Source: an uncultured Pseudomonadales bacterium
Lineage (GTDB): Bacteria; Patescibacteriota; Microgenomatia; UBA1400; PJMF01
Direction of reading: 5' to 3'
Length of the DNA: 64,000 nucleotides
Assembly: GCA_964620965.1 (NCBI GenBank)
Contig: CAZUHV010000002.1
Coordinates: 184,798 to 248,797, forward strand
Below are positions 57,349-64,000 of this stretch, piece by piece. Position 1 is the first letter of the stretch. The number at the start of each line of letters is the position of its first letter. The notes below the pieces were generated by a model. The model was not told where the DNA came from. It did not search any database and saw only the letters and a list, made by a program, of their open reading frames with translations. The translations under genes and the position numbers were made by a program.

Positions 57349-58055
57349 CAGTGCCATTTGATTACACCATTAAAAAACATAATTCTGCCAAAAATTTAAA
57401 AATAAAAATTGACTCACATGGAGTTGTCAGTATTGTAACCCCACCGTTTATTCCTCAATTTTTAATTACGCAATTTATAAAAAAGCATCAAAACTGGGTT
57501 ACTCAACACTTGGAGGGAATTAAAAAAACCGGAAACCCAAAGTTTAATACAACAGAATTCGTACACATTTTTGGAAAAAAATATACTAAAAGACTTGATT
57601 TTTCTCTAACAAACAAAGTTGGAATGTATACAAAAGGGGAATATCTTATTTTTAATCCAACTACCAAACCAGAAATCAAGAGCGAAGAAGATCAAAAAAA
57701 ATGGAATAAGAAATTCCAAGAAAAACTCGAAATATTTCTAAAAAACACTGCCAATCACTATATTATTGCAAGAACTCACAAGATTGCAGAGAAAATGGGA
57801 CTACAATTTAATAAAATCACTCTAAAAAAACAAAAAACTAGATGGGGAAGTTGCTCAAGTCAAAAAAATCTCAACTTTAATTGGCAACTAGTACACTTTG
57901 AGACACCAATCATTGATTATGTTATCGTGCACGAGCTCTCACATCTAGTACACATGGACCATTCAAAAAACTTTTGGAATCTTGTCGAAAAATATGACCC
58001 AGAATATAAAAAACATGTTGGCTGGCTCAAACGAAATGGGTTACACTTAGGATAG
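57345..58055 (+). CDS. YgjP-like metal-dependent hydrolase (DUF45/WLM-like HExxH)
   Basis: YVIVHELSHLVHMDHSKNFW and YgjP-like length. ATGA overlap with the upstream ORF. Confidence 0.75.
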   Translation: MTVPFDYTIKKHNSAKNLKIKIDSHGVVSIVTPPFIPQFLITQFIKKHQNWVTQHLEGIKKTGNPKFNTTEFVHIFGKKYTKRLDFSLTNKVGMYTKGEYLIFNPTTKPEIKSEEDQKKWNKKFQEKLEIFLKNTANHYIIARTHKIAEKMGLQFNKITLKKQKTRWGSCSSQKNLNFNWQLVHFETPIIDYVIVHELSHLVHMDHSKNFWNLVEKYDPEYKKHVGWLKRNGLHLG

Positions 58056-58068
58056 CAAGACATAAACT

Positions 58069-58749
58069 ATGACAATTATTCATGGAGAAAATACCGTTAA
58101 TTCAAGAGAAAAGTTGATTGATCTTATCAATACAGCAAAAACTAATGCTGTCGAAATCATCAGATATGACGCAAAAGAGCTCACAGAAGCAATTCTAGAA
58201 GAAACACTTGGTTCAAGCGATTTATTTGGTACAAAAAAGTTGATCGTTATTGAGGGTTTACACTCACTGCCAAAATCAAACAAACAAAAAGCACTTATAC
58301 AAATGTGTGGCCATTCAGGGATTCACGAAATTATTCTATGGGAAAAAAGAGACTTAACAAAAACAATGCTTAAACCTTTCGCAGATGCTACAGTTTTTGA
58401 GTTCAAAGCAAGTAAAACACTTTTTAGCTGGCTAGATACTCTAGGTAAAAGAAGTGACGAAACAAAAAAATTACAACTTTTACATGATGCAATTAAAACA
58501 GATGGAGAATACTTTTGTTTTATTATGCTGATTAGACAAATGAGATTATTAATTCAAGCTAAAACTGGAGAACCTATAGGTGGAGCTCCCTTTATGATTA
58601 CAAAGTTAAAATCCCAAGCAAACAATTTTAACCAAGATGAATTACTTAAAACCTATGCAGATCTCCTCAAGATGGACTATGCACAAAAGACTTCAAAGAA
58701 CCTATTAAGCATGAATCAGTGGCTTGACCTTTTAACTATAAAGCTGTAA
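58069..58749 (+). CDS. DNA polymerase III delta subunit-like (HolA-like, short)
   Basis: N-terminal Rossmann-like segment and C-terminal helical IMLIRQMRLLIQAK resemble HolA. Tentative. Confidence 0.4.
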   Translation: MTIIHGENTVNSREKLIDLINTAKTNAVEIIRYDAKELTEAILEETLGSSDLFGTKKLIVIEGLHSLPKSNKQKALIQMCGHSGIHEIILWEKRDLTKTMLKPFADATVFEFKASKTLFSWLDTLGKRSDETKKLQLLHDAIKTDGEYFCFIMLIRQMRLLIQAKTGEPIGGAPFMITKLKSQANNFNQDELLKTYADLLKMDYAQKTSKNLLSMNQWLDLLTIKL

Positions 58750-58845
58750 ATTATTAAAGATTCATACTTTTTCATACTTTTTTGAAGCATGAAAAAATAA
58801 CAAAAAGTAAATAAAAAATCATAAGTAATCGCAAGAAAGGCACAC

Positions 58846-60963
58846 ATGGAAAATAGTATTATTTCGTCACTTATTGCAAAAACTCAAAAAGGTTTTGAAA
58901 CACTCAACCTAAACCAAAAATATAAAGATGCAGCCTTACAAAATATTGAAAAGTGGCTTTCTTCTTCTGATTTTGTAGAATATCAACCTCAAATTAAGCA
59001 CATGATTGAACAAGGAAGTTGGGATTATTTATTGGATTGTTTCTATCAAATTATTCCTTTTGGTACAGGTGGTAGAAGAGGTGAAGTAGGTATCGGACCC
59101 AATAGAATTAACCCTTGGACAATTATGTCTTCAGCACAAGGCCACTCACAATATTTGCTCAAACAATATGGTGAAGATGCTAAAACAAGAGGTGTAGTGC
59201 TTGCTTTTGATGTAAGGCAATTTTTTACAAATAACTATTTTGATAATTCACAAGAAAACCCTGTAAGAAACCTTAACTGTGAAGATCTAGCTAAAGCTGC
59301 AGCAGAAGTATATGCCGCAAACGGAATTAAAATATATATATTTGATGCAGCAAGAACAACCCCAGAGCTCTCATTTGCAATTAGACATTTGCATTGCGTT
59401 GGTGGAGACATGTTCTCTGCGAGCCACAACCCACCAGAACACAATGGTAAAAAAGTATATGATGAATTTGGAGGCCAACTTATTCCACCAGAAGATGAGG
59501 CTTTAGTCGAAGAAGTTACTCAAAATGTTTCAGAAATTAAAACAATTGATTTTACAGAAGCACAACAAAAACAATTAATCCAAGTCATTGGGCAAGAAGT
59601 TGATGATGCGTACATTCAAGCGGTTGCAGATCTTTCACTTTCTGCTGACAGAAATATTAATATTGTCTATACACCTTTACATGGATGTGGTGGAACCTCA
59701 ATAATCCACGTTCTGGAAAAACTTGGTTTCACAGTAACTTCTGATCCAAAAACAATGTACCAAAGTGGTAAATTCGAAAACGTCACTTTCAACATTCCAA
59801 ATCCAGAGGTTATTCAATCATTTGATACCCCATTGAAATTTGCAAAAGAACAAAATGCGGATATCATTCTCAATTCTGATCCAGATGCAGACAGAATTGG
59901 AGTCATGGTTAACCATAAAGGAAACTGGGAATTCCTGAATGGTAATGAAATCGGGGCAATTCTTACAGAATACGTTATCTCAAAAAGAAAAGCTGAGGTT
60001 GGCAATAAAGGAATGGTTATTAAAACAGCTGTTACCACTAATCTTTTGACACAGATTGCCAAACAAAACGGAATGCAAATCATTGGCGATTTACTCGTTG
60101 GCTTTAAATACATTGGCGCAGTCATGAATGAGATGGACCAAAAAGGTGAACTCAACAACCTTCTTATTGGTTGTGAAGAAAGTCACGGATACATTGCTGG
60201 AAATTATGTCCGTGATAAAGATGCTTCTATAGCTGGATTATGGCTTGCGGAATGCGCAGCTGAACTCAAAACTAGTGGTAAAACCCTTGTTGATTACCTC
60301 GAGGATATCTATAGCAAATACGGATACTTTAAAAACTACCTAACAGAAATCAGACTTCCAGGTGCAGAAGGTATGTCTCAAATTCAGACAATTCAAACAT
60401 TCTTTAGAGAAAATCAACCAAAAACTTTTGGCAAATTTGAAGTTGAAAACTTTGAAGACTGGTTAAATAGAAAACCAATTGTTTCTGAAACTGATGAAGC
60501 TTCAAAAAATGGATTAGTTTTTACATTTAAGCCTGTTACAGGAACCACTTCAATGAAGGTTACAGTAAGACCTTCTGGGACGGAACCAAAAATCAAGATG
60601 TATTATGAAATCGGAAGCGAACCTTTTGATAAAAATGACATAGAAACTATCAAAGAAGAAATGCAAACACTTCTGGATGAATTTGAAAAAGCATTCATGT
60701 TGGTTAGTTACAAAGCTATTGGAGTTGATTTCCCAGAACGAGGATTTTTACTTTTCTGGCAACTTCCACTCGTAGCAAAATTAAAGTACTTTGAAATTGA
60801 ACCAGATATTGAAAGTTTACTCAATGAAGATAAAAGTGTTCGAAAAGAAAAACTTGAAGCTCTTTTAAAATTTTTAGGAAGTGACCCAATTCAAAAAGTT
60901 GATAAGGCATTTATCAAAAAAAATGGCAAATCAATAACAGAATACTTAGAACTTGGGGCATAA
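58846..60963 (+). CDS. phosphoglucomutase/phosphomannomutase family protein with ~150-aa C-terminal extension
   Basis: Active-site phosphoserine motif SASHNPPEHNGKK. GTGGRRGEVG N-terminal loop. Four-domain PGM layout. Confidence 0.85.
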   Translation: MENSIISSLIAKTQKGFETLNLNQKYKDAALQNIEKWLSSSDFVEYQPQIKHMIEQGSWDYLLDCFYQIIPFGTGGRRGEVGIGPNRINPWTIMSSAQGHSQYLLKQYGEDAKTRGVVLAFDVRQFFTNNYFDNSQENPVRNLNCEDLAKAAAEVYAANGIKIYIFDAARTTPELSFAIRHLHCVGGDMFSASHNPPEHNGKKVYDEFGGQLIPPEDEALVEEVTQNVSEIKTIDFTEAQQKQLIQVIGQEVDDAYIQAVADLSLSADRNINIVYTPLHGCGGTSIIHVLEKLGFTVTSDPKTMYQSGKFENVTFNIPNPEVIQSFDTPLKFAKEQNADIILNSDPDADRIGVMVNHKGNWEFLNGNEIGAILTEYVISKRKAEVGNKGMVIKTAVTTNLLTQIAKQNGMQIIGDLLVGFKYIGAVMNEMDQKGELNNLLIGCEESHGYIAGNYVRDKDASIAGLWLAECAAELKTSGKTLVDYLEDIYSKYGYFKNYLTEIRLPGAEGMSQIQTIQTFFRENQPKTFGKFEVENFEDWLNRKPIVSETDEASKNGLVFTFKPVTGTTSMKVTVRPSGTEPKIKMYYEIGSEPFDKNDIETIKEEMQTLLDEFEKAFMLVSYKAIGVDFPERGFLLFWQLPLVAKLKYFEIEPDIESLLNEDKSVRKEKLEALLKFLGSDPIQKVDKAFIKKNGKSITEYLELGA

Positions 60964-60968
60964 AAAGC

Positions 60969-61763
60969 ATGAATAGAGAACTTCAAATTGCGATAGAGGC
61001 AGCAAAAAATGCAACACTTCTTTGTGGGAATTACCTTGCTGCAGAATTTAATAAACAGCATGAGATTCATTTCGAAGGCAACCATGAAAAAATTGAAGCA
61101 GACCAAATTGCTGAAAATATCTTTCTTGAAGAAATTTCAAAAAAAGTTCCAAAATATTCATATATTTCTGAAGAAACTGAGAAAAATACAAACGAAGACA
61201 TCCAATTTGTCATTGACCCAATAGAGGGAACATCAAACTTTCTTCGCGGAAATCCGTTATTTGCTACACAAATTGCAGTGCTATACAAAAAGAAAATGAT
61301 TGCTGCTTTCATTTATGAACCACTGCAAAAAAAGCTTTGTAGTGCAATTAAAGGGCAGGGAACATACGTAAATGGAGAGAAAGTTCAAATATCTGATACA
61401 AAACCTACAAACCAGTTTGTAACTTCTGGCTCTGCTACTTCTAGAAAGGAAGGAAAACAAAAATTACTAAAAATCCTAACTTTTCTTGCAGAACAAACAA
61501 GAACTACTCGAATTTTAGGATCAACAGGATTAGAACTATCATATCTCGTACAAGGAAAAATAGATCTTCATATTAATATTGAAAGTAACGAGTATGATAT
61601 CAGTCCTGGTGTTTTGTTGGTTAGAGAAGCAGGAGGACTTGTTCTCAACTTTGAAGGAAAAAATTGGAAAAATGGGGACAAGACACTTATTGCAACATCA
61701 CAAACTCACTGCACAAAACTTGCTTCTCTTATACGTTCAGAACTCACAGACTACATAAAATAA
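60969..61763 (+). CDS. inositol monophosphatase family (SuhB/IMPase-like)
   Basis: FVIDPIEGTSNF (DPIDGT) and metal-binding EE motif region ISEETEK. Confidence 0.8.
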   Translation: MNRELQIAIEAAKNATLLCGNYLAAEFNKQHEIHFEGNHEKIEADQIAENIFLEEISKKVPKYSYISEETEKNTNEDIQFVIDPIEGTSNFLRGNPLFATQIAVLYKKKMIAAFIYEPLQKKLCSAIKGQGTYVNGEKVQISDTKPTNQFVTSGSATSRKEGKQKLLKILTFLAEQTRTTRILGSTGLELSYLVQGKIDLHINIESNEYDISPGVLLVREAGGLVLNFEGKNWKNGDKTLIATSQTHCTKLASLIRSELTDYIK

Positions 61764-61785
61764 CCAGACCTGCTAGAATAAATGT

Positions 61786-63027
61786 ATGACAAAACCTACT
61801 ATTTTGATTATTGCTGGAGGAGAAAATTCTAGATTTGCGCCTTTGAATACTAAAACCCACAAAGGTTTCTTATCTTTAGGAGGAAAACCTATCGTAGTAA
61901 GAGCTTTGGAAAACTTGAAAAAACATGGTTTCTATAACATAGTACTGGTTCTCTCTCAAAAAGATTTTGATGGGAATGGTTTTTCTGGCTATCTCAACGA
62001 ACATAATTTAGATATGAACATCACTACTATACTTCAAGAAAAAGCTTCTGGAATGGGAGATGCTGTACTCTTGGCAAAAAAATACTTGAATGATACCTTT
62101 ATTCTAGCTTCTCCTTATTATTCGAATCTAGGTCAAATTAGTGAACAACTTTGGCAAAAACACCTTGAAACTAAAGCACGTTGTGTATTTTCTGGGACAC
62201 AAACAAGCAATCCTGAATTGTATGGAATCCTTGAATTTGATCCTAACAATAACTCAGAAGTGGTAGGAATAGTTGAAAAAATTGGAAAAGGAACCGAACC
62301 TTCTGCAATTAAAGCAGATAGTATCTATCTTTTTGACACTGATTTTATTCAGGAATTAGAAAAAACAAAAAAATCAGAATATTCTCTAGAAACTGCCATA
62401 ACAGCATACGTTAAAAAAGCTCACGGAGCATGGATTTTAAACACTGGTAAACTGCAAAGTTTAAAATATACTTGGCACTTATTTTCCCTATTTTCACACA
62501 TCATGGAACAAGAAAAAACATATATTTCTCCTCATGCAGAACTGTCAAATACTGCAATTTTTGACGATTCCGCTGGACCTGTCATTATCGACGACTTCGC
62601 TAAAATTGGAGATTTTGTGAAACTAGTAGGCCCTTGTTATGTTGGAAAAAATGCAATGGTAGGAGACTATTCGTTTGTTAGAGGATCATCTATAGAGGCT
62701 GAAGCTATTGTTGGCGCAAATACAGAGTTAGTACGCTCTATTATGTTTGAAAAATCCAGTATTCACTTTGGATATCTTGCCGATTCTATTATTGGACATG
62801 AAACCAAAATTGGTGCGGGACTTATTACTGCAAATAAAAGACTAGATAGAGAAAATATTCGTGTTAAAGTAAAAGACAAACTTATTGATATTGGATCAAA
62901 TACACTAGGTGTCATTGTTGGTGAAAAAGTAACAATAGGTATTAGAGTAAGTACTATGCCTGGTATTACAATTGCTGCAAACGCAAACATTCTTCCAAAT
63001 CAAGTAGCGACTAGAAACAGCAAATAG
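61786..63027 (+). CDS. sugar-1-phosphate nucleotidyltransferase with C-terminal left-handed beta-helix (hexapeptide repeats)
   Basis: ILIIAGGENSRFAPLNTKTHKGFLSLGGKPIV G-loop. C-terminal repeats IGDFVKLVGPCYVGKNAMVGDYSFVRGSSIEAEAIVGANT. Confidence 0.7.
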   Translation: MTKPTILIIAGGENSRFAPLNTKTHKGFLSLGGKPIVVRALENLKKHGFYNIVLVLSQKDFDGNGFSGYLNEHNLDMNITTILQEKASGMGDAVLLAKKYLNDTFILASPYYSNLGQISEQLWQKHLETKARCVFSGTQTSNPELYGILEFDPNNNSEVVGIVEKIGKGTEPSAIKADSIYLFDTDFIQELEKTKKSEYSLETAITAYVKKAHGAWILNTGKLQSLKYTWHLFSLFSHIMEQEKTYISPHAELSNTAIFDDSAGPVIIDDFAKIGDFVKLVGPCYVGKNAMVGDYSFVRGSSIEAEAIVGANTELVRSIMFEKSSIHFGYLADSIIGHETKIGAGLITANKRLDRENIRVKVKDKLIDIGSNTLGVIVGEKVTIGIRVSTMPGITIAANANILPNQVATRNSK

Positions 63028-63039
63028 AAACAAGAAACC

Positions 63040-63843
63040 ATGCCATATTTATCAGATTTTAAAGCAATTTTATTCGACGTAGACAGAACACTCATACCCC
63101 CTAACAGAGAAATTTTTCCAGAAGTAATAGAGGTACTTAAAAAACTTCATAATAGAGGAATTGTCACCGGGATCTGTACAGGTAGAGGATATGCTTCTGT
63201 TGTTAATGAATTCATGCCAATTTTTTCTGAAAACTCTGTGCATATCATGGCTGGAGGATCTTTAGTTATATCAAACTCGGGTACAGTTCTCTGGGAAAAA
63301 ACAATCGATCCACAAACAACTGAAGAGCTTAAAAAACTCGTTATTCAAACCGAAAGTGTTGGAATTTTTATGAAACCAGATGCTCAATATGCATTCGGAG
63401 ATGTACTAAAAGGCATACAAGAACACCCTTGGAACCAGATTGGTAAAGATCTAAATACCATGACTTCCGACGGAGTCGGGCTTTTGTATATCGCCAAACC
63501 AAGTGAACAAGTTACTGCATTTTTAGACCAACATCCAAAACTCAGCTTCAAAGAAATGGAAAGCAATCAAGGATATCCATATTATGACATCACTGCAAAA
63601 GGGGTAACAAAGGCTCTTGCAATGGAAGAGTGGTCAAAAATTACTGGAATACCTTCCTCACAAATTATTGGATTTGGAGATAGTCTGAATGATTTAGAGT
63701 TTTTACAAAACTGTGGATTTTCTGTTGCAATGGGAAACGCAGATTTTGAAGTCAAAGAAATAACCGATACAGTTATTGGTTATGTTACTGATAAAAGTCT
63801 ACCAAACTATGTAGCAAGTATATTAGAGGGAGAACCTTTATGA
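63040..63843 (+). CDS. HAD-IIB Cof-type sugar phosphatase
   Basis: FDVDRTL (motif I) and GFGDSLNDLEFLQNCGFSVAMGNA (motif IV). Confidence 0.85.
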   Translation: MPYLSDFKAILFDVDRTLIPPNREIFPEVIEVLKKLHNRGIVTGICTGRGYASVVNEFMPIFSENSVHIMAGGSLVISNSGTVLWEKTIDPQTTEELKKLVIQTESVGIFMKPDAQYAFGDVLKGIQEHPWNQIGKDLNTMTSDGVGLLYIAKPSEQVTAFLDQHPKLSFKEMESNQGYPYYDITAKGVTKALAMEEWSKITGIPSSQIIGFGDSLNDLEFLQNCGFSVAMGNADFEVKEITDTVIGYVTDKSLPNYVASILEGEPL

Positions 63844-64000
63844 ACACCTCAATTCTCGATTCTAGAGAAGAGATTAGTAAATTAGATACAGAAAACATGA
63901 TGGGTTCCATCGAGGAGCTAGGAAACCAAGTTCAGCATGCATGGGAAGACTTAAAATCTGTTACTTTTACCCCAACAGCTGAAATCCACAATGTTGTCCT
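63840..64000 (+). CDS. hypothetical protein, 3' end outside window
   Basis: ATGA overlap with the Cof stop. MNTSILDSREEISKLDTENMMGSIEELGNQVQHAWEDLK... runs off the window. Not in the ORF track. Confidence 0.3.
   Translation, partial: MNTSILDSREEISKLDTENMMGSIEELGNQVQHAWEDLKSVTFTPTAEIHNVV

Noticed and set aside
1-64000. CRISPR array, rRNA genes, diversity-generating retroelement, integrase/transposase
   Set aside because: No regularly spaced short direct repeats, no rRNA-like high-GC conserved blocks, no reverse-transcriptase YxDD motif and no DDE/tyrosine-recombinase signatures were found on either strand. The only repeat families are the TA-flanking repeats and the tRNA-Gln-associated leader/22-nt repeats.

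Overview
This is a 64 kb window from a gene-dense, low-GC (about one third GC) bacterial chromosome. It uses the standard code, as shown by TGA stops and ATGA start/stop overlaps. Genes sit on both strands with short spacers. Bacterial housekeeping genes are present: S21, pyruvate kinase, EF-P with its EpmA lysyl ligase, RecQ, RarA, a DEAD-box helicase, an RluB/RsuA pseudouridine synthase and MgtE. There are many polytopic membrane proteins (two GT-C fold glycosyltransferase candidates, MBOAT, acyltransferase-3, EamA, DedA, MFS, CaCA, VIT1). Three genes are archaeal-type (an Elp3 homolog, a PPAT-like protein fused to a DUF359-like domain, and a long class II aldolase). Fourteen tRNAs are present, six of them in one array, with no rRNA and no CRISPR. 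By inference only, this looks like a small-genome, possibly Candidate-Phyla-Radiation-like bacterium. Observations worth a second look, none clearly an undescribed system: (1) a tRNA-Gln-associated module at 42.4-46.9 kb. It has two unrelated small ORFs, each bracketed by a conserved roughly 95 nt promoter-bearing leader repeat and a 22 nt downstream repeat, followed by an orphan 1079 aa protein fenced by tRNA-Gln and tRNA-Gly. (2) A single ORF fusing a VKOR domain to a dihydroorotate-dehydrogenase-like flavoenzyme. (3) An Elp3 radical-SAM/GNAT homolog divergently paired with a Trm9-like methyltransferase. (4) A HigB/Gp49-type toxin-antitoxin cassette flanked by roughly 40 nt direct repeats. 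(5) A tRNA array containing an HNH endonuclease whose stop codon lies inside tRNA-Arg. (6) A promoter-to-terminator unit of about 90 nt upstream of an MGMT gene. All family assignments come from motifs I recognised by eye; no database search was possible.
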